Positions 50,090 through 60,737 of a stretch of 64,000 nucleotides of DNA are shown here, one piece after another. How positions within the stretch are numbered: the first letter of the stretch is position 1; every line of letters starts with the position of its first letter. The position numbers were made by a program, and so were the translations under genes. The notes under the pieces are model-generated. The model made no database searches and had not been told where the DNA came from. It saw only the letters and a list, made by a program, of their open reading frames with translations. This DNA is from Candidatus Bathyarchaeota archaeon (GTDB lineage Archaea > Thermoproteota > Bathyarchaeia > 40CM-2-53-6): contig CAVSBL010000002.1 of assembly GCA_963726255.1 (NCBI GenBank), forward strand, positions 544,001 through 608,000, read 5' to 3'.

Positions 50090-51262
50090 ATGACAGAACC
50101 TCTTGCTAGTATTGTTTCAGCGGGTGTTTCGAAGTTCGGTGTTCGCGAAGGGCTGTATAGCAGAGAGCTCTTCGCCGAGGCCGCGAGAGAAGCGTTCGAT
50201 GCTTGCCCCAAACTCGATCCCAAACGGGACATCCAAGCCCTCTTCGTTGGGATGATGAGCGAATCCTACGAACACCAAGCCCATGTCGCTCCCCTGCTCT
50301 TAGATTGGATTGGTTTGCTCCCGAATCCCGCTTTCAGAACGGAGGGGGCATGCGCATCCTCAAGCATCGCAATGCGAACTGCATTGTTTGCTATCGTCTC
50401 TGGCCTATACGAGGTGGTCCTTGTGGGGGGCGTAGAGAAGATGACCCATGTCAGCACCACCGGAGTAACTGAGATTCTAGCAATGGCATCAGACTTCCCC
50501 TTCGAACAGTGGCACGGAATCTCCTTTCCTGGTATCTTCGGTATGATGGCGGTAGACCACATGAACCGGTATGGGACCACAGAGGAACAGATGGCTAAGG
50601 TTGCGGTAAAGAATCATGAACACGGAGTCCTCAATCCGAAGGCGCATTTCCAAAAGCGCATAACAGTTGACGAAGTTCTATCATCGCGCCCCGTTGCGTG
50701 GCCCCTGAAACTGTACGATTGCTGCCCCCGATCGGATGGTGCCAGTTGCCTAGTACTTACCTCGCCTAAGATTGCGAGAAAATTCACTGATGCACCCGTG
50801 AACATAATTGGTTCAGGGCAAGCTCAGGACACGCTCGCTCTTTGCCAACGAGAGAATTTTAGCAGTATGAAGGTCACTAAGCTTGCGGCCCAACAAGCAT
50901 ACAAAATGGCCAAAGTCGGGCCGAGCGACATTGACGTGGCCGAATTACACGATTGCTTTACGATTGCGGAGATCATTGCCTACGAAGACTTGGGCTTCTG
51001 CGATCAAGGGAAGGGTGGAAAACTAATCGACGAAGGGGCAACCTACCTGGGGGGGAAGATTCCGGCGAATACTAGCGGGGGACTCAAAGCGAAGGGCCAT
51101 CCCGTCGGGGCGACAGGGACGGCACAAGCGTGTGAGATCTACTTCCAATTAACCAACCAGGCGGGGCGAAGGCAGGTTGCCGGAGCAGAAATTGGGCTCA
51201 CGGAGAACGTTGGTGGGTCAGCCTCAACCGGGGTTGTCCACATCTACAAACGTGGAGACTGA
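50090..51262 (+). CDS. Thiolase (archaeal SCP2-type acetyl-CoA acyltransferase)
   Basis: EGACASS, GVEKM, NPKAH, ELHDCF, SGGLKAKGHPVGATG. Confidence 0.95.
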   Translation: MTEPLASIVSAGVSKFGVREGLYSRELFAEAAREAFDACPKLDPKRDIQALFVGMMSESYEHQAHVAPLLLDWIGLLPNPAFRTEGACASSSIAMRTALFAIVSGLYEVVLVGGVEKMTHVSTTGVTEILAMASDFPFEQWHGISFPGIFGMMAVDHMNRYGTTEEQMAKVAVKNHEHGVLNPKAHFQKRITVDEVLSSRPVAWPLKLYDCCPRSDGASCLVLTSPKIARKFTDAPVNIIGSGQAQDTLALCQRENFSSMKVTKLAAQQAYKMAKVGPSDIDVAELHDCFTIAEIIAYEDLGFCDQGKGGKLIDEGATYLGGKIPANTSGGLKAKGHPVGATGTAQACEIYFQLTNQAGRRQVAGAEIGLTENVGGSASTGVVHIYKRGD

Positions 51263-51276
51263 AGGAGACAGAAGAG

Positions 51277-51731
51277 ATGGGAGCATCAATAATGAAAACG
51301 CCCACCGAAAAACCTGGTTTCGTTCGGGACGAGAACGGATTCATAATGCCGACCGTAGAGAACTTCTACAAGTATTGTGGCGAACGGAAGCTCATGGGCG
51401 TCAAATGCAAGGGATGTGGTGAAATCCTTTGGCCCCCTCCGGCATATGCCCGAAATGTTTCTCTTACAAAGTTGAGTGGACGGAATTCAAGGGTAAGGGA
51501 AAGCTTCTAACATACACAATCATTCACTTTCCGCCAAGCCAATTCGTGGCGCTCGCCCCATACGCCGTTGGCATACTCAAGTTGGAAGAGGGCCCTCAGC
51601 TGCCGGGCATGATAAAGAACCTCAAGCTAGAAGACCTGCGGATTGGAATGAACCTTGAGGTCGATTTCGAAGGTTCCGTCCCTAAGGAATGGCCTCGTTG
51701 GCCGCGCTATTTCTTCAAGCCGGTGAGTTAG
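51277..51731 (+). CDS. DUF35 Zn-ribbon/OB-fold thiolase partner; 1-nt frameshift at 51433-51437
   Basis: One extra C gives CKGC-x10-CPKC, then G.G.LLTYT, PYAVG..LEEG. Confidence 0.9.
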
Positions 51732-51754
51732 ATCTACGCTGGGGATCGAAAAAC

Positions 51755-51774
51755 ATTATTCCTAATGGAATAAT
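51755..51774. promoter_or_regulatory. Inverted repeat upstream of the methionine synthesis genes
   Basis: ATTATTCC-TAAT-GGAATAAT, perfect 8-bp arms. Confidence 0.5.
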
Positions 51775-51836
51775 TCGAGGCCTAGAATATTAATGAAGGA
51801 ATATACCGGGCTGGAGGAATCTAACGCATTCACAGT

Positions 51837-52796
51837 GTGGTACTCGTGGTAGAAGCGGAGCTAACAGGGGTTTTCCCGCGTTCCGAGAAACTCGTAGAGG
51901 CAACACGGGCTGTGGCGCGCGGAAAAATCTCACAATCCGAGGTTGATGCGATCTCCGCCGAAGATACGAAATCGCTTGTTGAACTGGAGAAGGCCACATC
52001 CTTGGACGCCTTCGTAGACGGACAGTTGAACTGGCAAGACCTATTCAGACCCTTTTCAGAGTTGTTCACCGGCATTCACCCGGGCGCCCTGACCAGGTGG
52101 TTCGACAACAACACTTTCTACCGGAAACCAGTAATCGTTGAGAAAGTAACGTTTCGTGGCTCAAGAATAGATGAGTTCTTCCGCCATGACATGCTACCAA
52201 CCAACGCCCGTAAGAAAGCCATTCTTCCCGGGCCCTTTACGTTCGCGGCACTAGCAGAAAACTCCGCCTACCCGTCGCTCGTGGACCTTGCAGATGACCT
52301 CGCGCATGCCCTGCGAGAAACCGTGGCCAGCTTGCAGAGATCTGGTTACACTTACTTCCAATTCAATGAACCCGCTCTCGCTGCGGGCGGCGCAACGAAA
52401 CACTATCTCGAAGTCGCGAAACATGCATTCGAGGTTTGTGCAAGAGGCGTGGCGGGGCAAACCATGCTGCAAACATACTTCGGCGACGTCGAGCCTGTGA
52501 TTGACGACCTGTTAGATTATCCGGTGAACTGCATCGGGTTGGACTTCTATGCAACATCAATCGACTCACTGGCTCAGCATGATTTCAATAAAGCACTAGG
52601 GTGCGGCTGCGTCGACGGAAGAAACTCATTGCTTGAAACGGCAACCGATCTCAGCAAGTTTGTAGCAGAGGTCAAGAAACGGTTAGACCCTAAGGGCATA
52701 CGCCTTGGTCCTAACTGTGACTTAGACTTCCTCCCCGAAGTCGTGGCCGAGAAGAAGGTACGCCTTCTAGGCGAAACGGCAAAGTTGGTAACCTGA
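51837..52796 (+). CDS. Split MetE, N-half-like subunit
   Basis: G.FPR, DGQL.W.D.FRP, TRWFDNNTFYRKP, LPGPFT. Confidence 0.85.
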   Translation: MVLVVEAELTGVFPRSEKLVEATRAVARGKISQSEVDAISAEDTKSLVELEKATSLDAFVDGQLNWQDLFRPFSELFTGIHPGALTRWFDNNTFYRKPVIVEKVTFRGSRIDEFFRHDMLPTNARKKAILPGPFTFAALAENSAYPSLVDLADDLAHALRETVASLQRSGYTYFQFNEPALAAGGATKHYLEVAKHAFEVCARGVAGQTMLQTYFGDVEPVIDDLLDYPVNCIGLDFYATSIDSLAQHDFNKALGCGCVDGRNSLLETATDLSKFVAEVKKRLDPKGIRLGPNCDLDFLPEVVAEKKVRLLGETAKLVT

Positions 52797-52797
52797 C

Positions 52798-53928
52798 TTG
52801 GGCAGCAGCCTATTCCCAGTGCAGGAAATTGGAAGCCTGCCGAAAGCCCCTTGGCTAATTGCATACCTGCGCGGAAGGAAATTTGAGCAATCCGATTTTG
52901 ACCATTTATCAAAGTGGTCAAAGATTACCGGGTTCGAAGGCGCAGAAGATGCCAAGTCTGTCCTCTCGCTTGCGAAGGCTCCTGAAACCGAAGAGCGAAT
53001 CAGACAACTAGCTTCATTGTTCGGCATCAGGTTTCTCGAATCCGCAGGCCTAGAGTACGTCTACGATGGTGAAGCAAATCGGATCGAAATGTATGAACAC
53101 CCGGTTAGGAACTCAGATGGATTCACATTTTACGGACACGTAAGATCCTTCGATAATAGATACTACAGAAAGGCCGCTTGCATACGTAAAGTAGGATTCC
53201 GAGAACCATACCACTTGAAAGAATTCGATTTTGTGAAACAGCATGCAAAACGGAAAATAAAAGTCCCCATTACCGGACCGTACACAATAGCAGAATGGTC
53301 CTTCAACGAATACTATCAAAAACAACTTGCGAAAAAATATGCGGACCCGCGGCAGCTTAAGTTTGAAGCAAAAAGAGAGTTTGTACTCGACATAGCGAAG
53401 GAAATCATACGGCCGAACCTTCAAGGCCTTGTCGAGGCGGGCGCAGAATGGATCCAAATAGACGAGCCGGCACTCACTACCAAGCCTGCGGAGGTGCCAT
53501 TCTTCGTTGAAGCGTTCAACGAATGCACAGAGGGGATTCAGTGCAAGTTCAGCGTACACGTTTGCTACAGCGACTACAGCCTACTCTACCCATACGTCAT
53601 GGAGCTAAAGAACTGTAGCCAGCTGGCCTTGGAATTCGCCAACCGCGACTACGGCAAAAGAGAAGCGTACGACCAACTCAAGCTCCTCAAGCAGTACGGC
53701 GACGAGAGAGAAATCGGTTTAGGAGTTGCCGACGTGCACATTGATGAGGTTGAAAGCCCCATACTTGTCCGAGACAGAATAGAATACGCGACCAAGATTC
53801 TCGGAGACCCGGGAAAAATCTACGTAAACCCGGATTGTGGCCTGCGAACACGGTCGTGGGACGTAGCGTACGCGAAACTCTGCAATATTGTAAAGGGCGC
53901 CGAGTTGGCAAAGCAATCCATGAGCTGA
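52798..53928 (+). CDS. metE: Split MetE, Zn-catalytic subunit (cobalamin-independent methionine synthase)
   Basis: EIGSLPK, ITGPYT, QIDEPA, HVC, NPDCGLRT. Confidence 0.9.
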   Translation: MGSSLFPVQEIGSLPKAPWLIAYLRGRKFEQSDFDHLSKWSKITGFEGAEDAKSVLSLAKAPETEERIRQLASLFGIRFLESAGLEYVYDGEANRIEMYEHPVRNSDGFTFYGHVRSFDNRYYRKAACIRKVGFREPYHLKEFDFVKQHAKRKIKVPITGPYTIAEWSFNEYYQKQLAKKYADPRQLKFEAKREFVLDIAKEIIRPNLQGLVEAGAEWIQIDEPALTTKPAEVPFFVEAFNECTEGIQCKFSVHVCYSDYSLLYPYVMELKNCSQLALEFANRDYGKREAYDQLKLLKQYGDEREIGLGVADVHIDEVESPILVRDRIEYATKILGDPGKIYVNPDCGLRTRSWDVAYAKLCNIVKGAELAKQSMS

Positions 53929-53974
53929 CCGTGGAAGCATAGTGGAAAGCGCTAGGTCAGAAGGCAAGCCAGCC

Positions 53975-54838
53975 ATGAGAATTTCCGAAATGCTGAAGAC
54001 CAAAAGGCCAATCTTCTCATTGGAATTCTTTCCCCCCAAAACAGAGGAGGCGATGTCTCAGCTCTTTGAAACTCTGAAGGAGGTCAAGAACCTAAACCCT
54101 GGATATGTCTCTGTGACCTACGGTGCTGGCGGTGCAACACGAGACAAAACAATAGACATTGTCACGCGCGCGAAAAGGGAGATTGGCTTGGAGAGCATGG
54201 CGCATCTCACCTGCGTCGGGCATTCGAGGCAAGAGATCAGGGCCATCCTCGACAGATTAGTGGCTTCAGGGATTGAGAACGTTGTCGCCTTGCGCGGTGA
54301 CCCGCCACAAGGACAAACCAAGTTCACGGCCAACCCCGACGGGTTTAGGCACGCAAGCGAACTGGTATCGTTCATCCATGCCTCCTACCCGCTGTGCATC
54401 GCCGTCGCCGGGTACCCCGAAGGGCACATTGAAGCGGCGGACAAGGAGACAGATTGGAACTACCTTTGCCAGAAAGTGCGTGCCGGAGCCGATTTCGTGA
54501 TCACCCAGCTCTTCTTCGACAACAAGCACTTTTTCAGTTTCGAGAGAAGAATGCGGGAAAAAGGCGTAACCGTCCCGATTATTCCAGGCATAATGCCAAT
54601 CACAAACTTCAACCAAATCCTTAGGTTTACTCGCATCTGCGGAGCAACAATTCCACAAAAGCTTGTGACGGACCTAGAACGGATCAAAGATAACCCCGAA
54701 GCAGTTCACGAATATGGTGTCGAACAGGCAACCGGGCAATGCAAGGAACTCTTAGCCCATGGCGTTCCGGGAATTCACTTCTACACGCTAAACAAGTCTA
54801 CAGCAACCCGCGACATTATTCGAAGCCTAAGAAACTGA
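53975..54838 (+). CDS. metF: Methylenetetrahydrofolate reductase
   Basis: EFFPPK, VTYGAGG, HLTC, LRGDPP, YPEGH, TQLFFD, HFYTLN. Confidence 0.95.
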   Translation: MRISEMLKTKRPIFSLEFFPPKTEEAMSQLFETLKEVKNLNPGYVSVTYGAGGATRDKTIDIVTRAKREIGLESMAHLTCVGHSRQEIRAILDRLVASGIENVVALRGDPPQGQTKFTANPDGFRHASELVSFIHASYPLCIAVAGYPEGHIEAADKETDWNYLCQKVRAGADFVITQLFFDNKHFFSFERRMREKGVTVPIIPGIMPITNFNQILRFTRICGATIPQKLVTDLERIKDNPEAVHEYGVEQATGQCKELLAHGVPGIHFYTLNKSTATRDIIRSLRN

Positions 54839-54852
54839 AGCCTTGGCTTTTC

Positions 54853-55368
54853 TTACTGCACGATTACGAGGACGGCTTCTTTCTTAATTACTACGCCCTC
54901 TTCAATTAGAATCGATTTTACCTTACCTGCAACTGGTGAAACTATCTCATTTTGCATTTTCATCGCCTCAAGAATCAAAAGAGGGGTTCCAACATCCACA
55001 GACTCGCCTTCTTTCACAAGGATGCTAGTTATTCGGCCTGGCATGGGGGCGCAAATATCACCGCTTAGATGTGAACGCCCCATCCCCTGCGTCGGAATGG
55101 CATAACCCCCTGCTCCGATGGCTTGAACGGAGGCTTGAAAGGCTGTTCCAGCAAGCCAGACGTCCACTTTGTCAGTCGGCAGGACCCTTGTCTGTGCATT
55201 GATGCTGTCCTCGCCCGAACGTATTCGCCAAGTGGAGATATTGCCTTTTGTCAACGGCTCGCTTTCGAAAACCTCTCCGTCGACTGTAACCTGGAAGGCG
55301 CCGTCGCCCTTTTGGTCCACTGATGCGGTATACTCCCTGCCATTGATCTGAACTCTATACGTGCGCAT
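54853..55368 (-). CDS. Biotin carboxyl carrier protein
   Basis: APMPG...EAMKMQNEI. Confidence 0.95.
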   Translation of the reverse strand: MRTYRVQINGREYTASVDQKGDGAFQVTVDGEVFESEPLTKGNISTWRIRSGEDSINAQTRVLPTDKVDVWLAGTAFQASVQAIGAGGYAIPTQGMGRSHLSGDICAPMPGRITSILVKEGESVDVGTPLLILEAMKMQNEIVSPVAGKVKSILIEEGVVIKKEAVLVIVQ

Positions 55369-55370
55369 TT

Positions 55371-56867
55371 TTACCACCTTACCCTTTCCCTCATTTGTTC
55401 CGCCCTTGCAGCCATTCGCCACCTCAACGTGCCGCCGTTCCTATGTTCTATAGTGGTCGGGGGGTTCCTAATTCTGCTCGTAGAGGCCGCGACGGCCGCA
55501 AATTTCTCTAAGGTGAGAAAGTTCGCATTCATCCGTGGCAATACGCCGTTTAGATATGTTGTGTCAAAGGCTCCCGCAACGAAACCTTCGTCGCGCATGA
55601 GTAATCTGTGCAAAGGAATTGTCGTCGGCACACCAATTATCTCAATCTCATCGAGCGCGACCTTCATTCGTTGGATCGCTTCAGACCGGTCCCGTCCCGA
55701 TGTTGCAAGCTTTGCAACCAACGAATCATAGTACTCAGGGATCGTATACCCAGAGAACAACGCTGAATCAACACGAACACCTGGCCCTGTCGGCGGATGG
55801 TAATGAATCACGGTGCCCGGCGAGGGGGCGAAACTTCGCGGGTCTTCGGCGTTGATTCGGCAATTCATCGCCCACCCTTCCACCTGAACCTCATTCTGAG
55901 AAATTCCTAGGGAGGAGGTAGATGCTATCGTAATTTGCTCCTCTACGATGTCGATACCGGTTGTCATCTCGGTCACAAGATGCTCAACCTGAAGTCGCTT
56001 GTTGACCTCGAGAAAGTAGAATTCCCCGGTCTTATCGAGCAGAAACTCTACTGTCCCAGCATTTGTGTACCCTCCAGCCGACAATCCCTTTTTGGCTGCG
56101 TTAATCAGTTGTTGCCGGAGCTTTTCGTTCACTGCCACGGATGGTGCTTCTTCAAGGAGTTTCTGGTGCCTACGTTGTATGCTGCATTCACGTTCTCCGA
56201 GGCTGACAATCTTTCCATGCTTATCGCAGACTGCTTGAATCTCAACATGTCTAGGGCTGATCAATCTCTTTTCAATATAGACCTCTCCTCTTCCAAATGC
56301 GGAGAGCGATTCGAGTTTTGTCAATCGGAAGAATCGCCGGGCATCATCGCTCGTTTTTGCAATTCTCATTCCCCTTCCGCCACCGCCATAGACGGCCTTT
56401 AGTATGACTGGGTATCCGATTTTCTCTGCGACATCTGCCGCGTCATCCGCGTCCTTCACAGGTCCATCGGCAGGTATGATTGGAACTCCAGCTTCTTGCA
56501 TTGTTCTTCTGGCCGATAACTTATTGCCAAGTTTCTCCAGAGCGGCGCTTGAGGGGCCGATGAAGTTGAGGCCGTTCTCTTCACACGCCTGAACGAAGGA
56601 ACTCTCTTCAGCTAGGAAACCATATCCCGGATGAACTGCATCGCAACCGGTATCGAGGGCGGCGCGGACGAGCTTTTCCACATTCAAGTAACTCTCCGAT
56701 GGGGTCGCTCCCCCAAGGGCGTACTTTTCATCTGCGTAGCGTAGAGGTAGTGAATCTCGGTCTGGGTCCGAGTAAACTTGAACTGTGCGAACGCCGAGCT
56801 TACGGCACGTTCTGATAATCCTAAGCGCTATCTCGCCTCTGTTGGCAATGAGTAATTTCATCTTCAA
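55371..56867 (-). CDS. accC: Biotin carboxylase subunit
   Basis: ANRGEIA, HPGYGFLAE, GGGGRGM, RECSIQRRHQK, RLQVEH, RINAED. Confidence 0.95.
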   Translation of the reverse strand: MKMKLLIANRGEIALRIIRTCRKLGVRTVQVYSDPDRDSLPLRYADEKYALGGATPSESYLNVEKLVRAALDTGCDAVHPGYGFLAEESSFVQACEENGLNFIGPSSAALEKLGNKLSARRTMQEAGVPIIPADGPVKDADDAADVAEKIGYPVILKAVYGGGGRGMRIAKTSDDARRFFRLTKLESLSAFGRGEVYIEKRLISPRHVEIQAVCDKHGKIVSLGERECSIQRRHQKLLEEAPSVAVNEKLRQQLINAAKKGLSAGGYTNAGTVEFLLDKTGEFYFLEVNKRLQVEHLVTEMTTGIDIVEEQITIASTSSLGISQNEVQVEGWAMNCRINAEDPRSFAPSPGTVIHYHPPTGPGVRVDSALFSGYTIPEYYDSLVAKLATSGRDRSEAIQRMKVALDEIEIIGVPTTIPLHRLLMRDEGFVAGAFDTTYLNGVLPRMNANFLTLEKFAAVAASTSRIRNPPTTIEHRNGGTLRWRMAARAEQMRERVRW

Positions 56868-56917
56868 AGGTCGAGCAGCCTCACTACTTGCGGATCTGTC
56901 GAAGATTGCATATTGAG

Positions 56918-58480
56918 TTAGAGGGGAGGGTTGCCATGCTTCTTGGGCGGCCTAAGTTCGCGTTTATTCAGCGACGCCTCCAAAGCTCGTATTAGCCTTG
57001 GACGTGTTTCTTGTGGTTCAATTACATCGTCAATATACCCACGTTCCGCAGCTACGTAAGGGTTGGCGAACCTTTCACGATAATCCTCCAATAACTTGCT
57101 GACTGCTCTCGGATCTGCGTCTTCAGCGATCTTTTTCCTGTGAATGATCTTGATGGCACTTTCAGGACCCATGACGGCTATTTCGGCGGTAGGCCATGCG
57201 AAATTGAAATCTGCCCGAATGTGCTTGCTTCCAAGGACATCGTATGCTCCCCCGTAGGCCTTGCGTATGATTAGCGTGAGCTTCGGAACTGTAGCTTCAC
57301 AATACGCGTACAGCAATTTAGCCCCGTTCTTGATTATGCCTGAATGCTCTTGATCGACGCCAGGAAGAAAACCTGGGACGTCGACGAACGTTAGAATTGG
57401 AATATTGAACGAGTCACAGAATCGTATGAATCGGGCTGCCTTCATAGAGGAGTTGTTATCCAATGCCCCGGCGTAGTGCTTGGGTTGGTTTGCAACTACA
57501 CCCGCGCTCCGACCGTCCAAGCGTCCGAATCCTATAACTATGTTCGGGGCCCACTGTGCGTGCACCTCCAAGAACGTTCCAGTATCAAGAACTCTCTGAA
57601 TGATTTCTTTCATGTCGTATGGGCGGTTGGGATCTGATGGGACAATTGAGGAAAGTTCATGGTCCATCCTGTTCGGATCATCGCCTGTCTTGACGATGGG
57701 TGGGTCTTCTAAGTTGTTTTGCGGTAGGTAGGAGAGCACTGCTTTGATCAATTGTATTGCTGCAGATTCATCAGCAGCGAAGAAGTGAGAAACACCCGAG
57801 ATTTGGCTGTGGGCAGACGCGCCGCCGAGGGCCTCAAAGGTAACATCCTCATTGAGCACAGACTTAACCACGTCTGGCCCAGTAACGAACATGTAACTGG
57901 TTTTGTCGACCATGATTACGAAGTCGGTCAGTGCCGGAGAGTAAACTGCCCCCCCAGCGCAAGGCCCCATTATCGCAGAGATTTGCGGAACCACCCCGCT
58001 AGCCAGCACGTTCCGCTGGAATATCTCTGCATAGCCACCAAGGCTCACTACCCCCTCCTGAATTCTGGCTCCGCCAGAATCGTTCAATCCGATTATGGGA
58101 ACTCCAACCTTCATGGCTTGGTCCATGACTTTACAGACCTTCATTGCGAAGGTTTCACCCAGTGATCCTCCGAATACTGTGAAATCGTGGGCAAATACAC
58201 AGACCGGGCGACCGTCTACCGTTCCGTGCCCAGTGACAACCCCATCTCCTAGAATTCTGCGGTCCTCCATTCCCGGTGCCACGTTCGGAGTCAAGGCGAA
58301 GCGGTCGAGTTCAACGAAACTGCCCTGGTCGAGGAGAAGGTCTATCCTTTCGCGTGCAGTGAGTTTTCCTTTCGCATGCTGCTGATCGATGCGTTCCTTC
58401 CCGCCCCCAAGGGCGGCTTTCTGCCTGAGTTCTCGCAGTTGATCGATTTTTGTTTTAATTTTGGAACCGGTTTCTTTCAA
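56918..58480 (-). CDS. pccB: Acyl-CoA carboxylase carboxyltransferase (PccB/MmdA-like)
   Basis: KLTARERI, DSGGARIQEG, GGAVYSPA, DVPGFLPG, KAYGGAY, KKHGN. Confidence 0.93.
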   Translation of the reverse strand: MKETGSKIKTKIDQLRELRQKAALGGGKERIDQQHAKGKLTARERIDLLLDQGSFVELDRFALTPNVAPGMEDRRILGDGVVTGHGTVDGRPVCVFAHDFTVFGGSLGETFAMKVCKVMDQAMKVGVPIIGLNDSGGARIQEGVVSLGGYAEIFQRNVLASGVVPQISAIMGPCAGGAVYSPALTDFVIMVDKTSYMFVTGPDVVKSVLNEDVTFEALGGASAHSQISGVSHFFAADESAAIQLIKAVLSYLPQNNLEDPPIVKTGDDPNRMDHELSSIVPSDPNRPYDMKEIIQRVLDTGTFLEVHAQWAPNIVIGFGRLDGRSAGVVANQPKHYAGALDNNSSMKAARFIRFCDSFNIPILTFVDVPGFLPGVDQEHSGIIKNGAKLLYAYCEATVPKLTLIIRKAYGGAYDVLGSKHIRADFNFAWPTAEIAVMGPESAIKIIHRKKIAEDADPRAVSKLLEDYRERFANPYVAAERGYIDDVIEPQETRPRLIRALEASLNKRELRPPKKHGNPPL

Positions 58481-58605
58481 TGTTCGTCGACCAAGTTACA
58501 GTGCGGAGCTATTATTCAGCCCGCTTATCAAAGCGAGCGGAAAAACCCACGCTCTTCAAGGGTAGGATGAAAAGAGCCTTCAATCGTTAAAAGGGCAGCT
58601 GCAGT

Positions 58606-59427
58606 TCAGAAGTCTGGATACTCCACGCCGACCACGAAACCCGTTTCAATCTGACGATAGGATCCATAAACCGTTCTGATTCGAACTGTGGTGAATGATT
58701 CGTAGCCAGCCATGATTCCGGAGATTTCTTCGCCCTGAAGCTTGATTCTTACTTGCCTTCCACTTGAGCAATCTAGTTCCTGCAGCAACACTTTTGCATC
58801 GTTTAGGTTGGAGGATCCTAGCTCGTAGACGTTCTCTATTTCCATAAGGAGAAGGGCAATTATTGATCCCCTGTCGACGGGTGAGCCGAGAAGGTCCTCG
58901 AGTGAGGTCGCCTTTGAGCTTACCTCGCCTAGCACGGTTGAGTGAAAGTTGGCGTTGATTCCTACGCCTAGAAGTGCATATTCTACTTGGTTCCCTTTGA
59001 ACTTGGTTTCCACTAAGACGCCTGCGAGTTTACGGCCGCCAACAAAAATGTCGTTAGGCCATCGCACACGCGCCTTGACGCTTGGGCTGGAGTTGATGGT
59101 TTTGGCCGCAGCTAGCGCGGCGATTAATGGGAGGGCGTTCAAAGGGTCAAGTGTTGAAGGTGGACGAAGCAGGGTTGTCAACCAAATTCCGCCCCTTGGG
59201 GAAAGCCAAGTGCGGCCTTGGCGGCCACGGCCCGCGGTCTGTTCCTCAGCGAGGATAGTGTAACCGTGGGAGGCACCAGCGTTGGCGCGTTGTGCGACCA
59301 CATCGTTCGTCGACGTGCAACTGTCAAGAACCTCCAACGGCCGGCCTAACTGTTTCGTTCTCAGTTTTCTGAGGATTGAGTCACGGTCAAGGTTCGGAAT
59401 GGGTTTCAAGCGGCGCACTTCCCACAA
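58606..59427 (-). CDS. birA: Biotin--protein ligase
   Basis: STND, QTAGRGRQGR.W.SP, WPND, KLAGVL.E, GVGIN. Confidence 0.95.
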   Translation of the reverse strand: MWEVRRLKPIPNLDRDSILRKLRTKQLGRPLEVLDSCTSTNDVVAQRANAGASHGYTILAEEQTAGRGRQGRTWLSPRGGIWLTTLLRPPSTLDPLNALPLIAALAAAKTINSSPSVKARVRWPNDIFVGGRKLAGVLVETKFKGNQVEYALLGVGINANFHSTVLGEVSSKATSLEDLLGSPVDRGSIIALLLMEIENVYELGSSNLNDAKVLLQELDCSSGRQVRIKLQGEEISGIMAGYESFTTVRIRTVYGSYRQIETGFVVGVEYPDF

Positions 59428-59516
59428 GCCATCGTTGTTACCTAGCCTAACTAGGCATCTATCAAAGCAGGACGGAGGCGATAAGGTCCATGGTCAACGC
59501 CAAAGCCGATGAGCAG

Positions 59517-59657
59517 GTGACTCAGCATCTCGCCAACGAGAAAACCCTGCGAGTCTTGAAGAGGCTCTTAGAGTATGAGAGGAAGGAGGGCAAGAACCCC
59601 TTGCGCATATTGTCAGACAAGACTGCCGTCGAGATTGTGGCCGAGGGTAGGGAGTGA
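59517..59657 (+). CDS. Small antitoxin-like ORF (46 aa)
   Basis: MTQHLANEK...AVEIVAEGRE; C-terminus resembles archaeal VapB-type antitoxins. Confidence 0.35.
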   Translation: MTQHLANEKTLRVLKRLLEYERKEGKNPLRILSDKTAVEIVAEGRE

Positions 59658-59680
59658 TGGCATGCTACTTGGACACAATA

Positions 59681-59757
59681 CCCAGCAAACGTCCAAGGAT
59701 TCATACTACACAAACTCTGGATGATGTTGGGCTAGGGCAGACAGACACGGCAAACAC
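59681..59757 (+). pseudogene. Degenerate copy of the 5' part of ORF 61137-61562
   Basis: CCAAGGATTCATACTA(C/T)ACAAACTCTGGATGATG shared with 61151-61232; 5-nt deletion follows. Confidence 0.75.
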
Positions 59758-59873
59758 TGATAGATGCGAAACCCGAAAGATACTCGGCGAGATCCCTCGC
59801 TTCATGTGGCCGCTGTTCTTCCAGATGCAGCAAGACGTAAATTGCAGCACACACATACACACACAGACCGACC

Positions 59874-60107
59874 ATGGGGACCAAGAACATAGCCGTTTCC
59901 GACGAGGCGTACCAGTTGCTCAAGGCGCTCAAGAGGCCTAGCGAAAGCTTCACGGACGTTATTGAGAGAATAACCGGAGGAAGCGCGGTTCTGGACCTGG
60001 CAGGAATTGTGTCCAAAACAGAGGCCAACAGCATCGAGAAACGCGTCAAGAAAATCAGAAGGCAAAGTTCTCAACGAATCCTTAGCACGGCTGAAGGGAT
60101 GAAGTAG
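59874..60107 (+). CDS. vapB: VapB-type antitoxin (DUF217-like)
   Basis: TKNIAVSDEAY..LK..K...ESFTDVI.R; directly upstream of a PIN toxin. Confidence 0.85.
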   Translation: MGTKNIAVSDEAYQLLKALKRPSESFTDVIERITGGSAVLDLAGIVSKTEANSIEKRVKKIRRQSSQRILSTAEGMK

Positions 60108-60109
60108 AC

Positions 60110-60502
60110 TTGCTGGCCGACACGACATTCATAATTGATGTAATGAGGAACGACGCAAGTGCGGTTCGAAAAGCTGAGGATCTATCAGGCGTTTCAATCT
60201 CTATTTTGGTAGGAACACCGACCGTTTTTGAACTGTACGTCGGAGTGGGTTTGAGTGTGAGGTCCGCTGAGGAGAGGGAAAAGATACTTGGTATACTCAG
60301 GTCGCTCCCTCACTTATCCTTGGACGTCGCCTCGGCATCCAAAGCGGGAATGATTTACGCCCAACGTGTCAAAGAGAAAACTAAGATTGATCCCGAAGAC
60401 GCTATGCTGGCGGGTATTGCGATTCAAAACAATGAGCCTCTGCTAACTCGAAACAGAAAGGATTTCGCAGGAATACCTGAACTGAAGGTCGAAACGTACT
60501 AG
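60110..60502 (+). CDS. vapC: VapC PIN-domain toxin
   Basis: DTTFIID, ELY.G, DAMLAG.A, LLTRN.KDF. Confidence 0.9.
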   Translation: MLADTTFIIDVMRNDASAVRKAEDLSGVSISILVGTPTVFELYVGVGLSVRSAEEREKILGILRSLPHLSLDVASASKAGMIYAQRVKEKTKIDPEDAMLAGIAIQNNEPLLTRNRKDFAGIPELKVETY

Positions 60503-60737
60503 GGAAAAAGAAAATCGTCAAGAAGTGGAAGCAGAGGAAACAGGAAACCGGCAAACACCAAGTCCACGCGATAAAAAGGGTACGCTCAATCATTATGGTC
60601 CAATGAATTCACCACGCCATCAACCGACTCAGCAGTCGCTTGACTCTCGGATTTCAACCGCAGACTTGACGTTACCGAATTCAGCAAGCCTCTAAAGAAA
60701 AACAGAGGACGACGAAAAAGGGAGAAAAGGAAGAGCT

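Noticed and set aside
51425-51445. Split DUF35 gene
   Set aside because: One extra C restores CxxC-x10-CxxC spacing.
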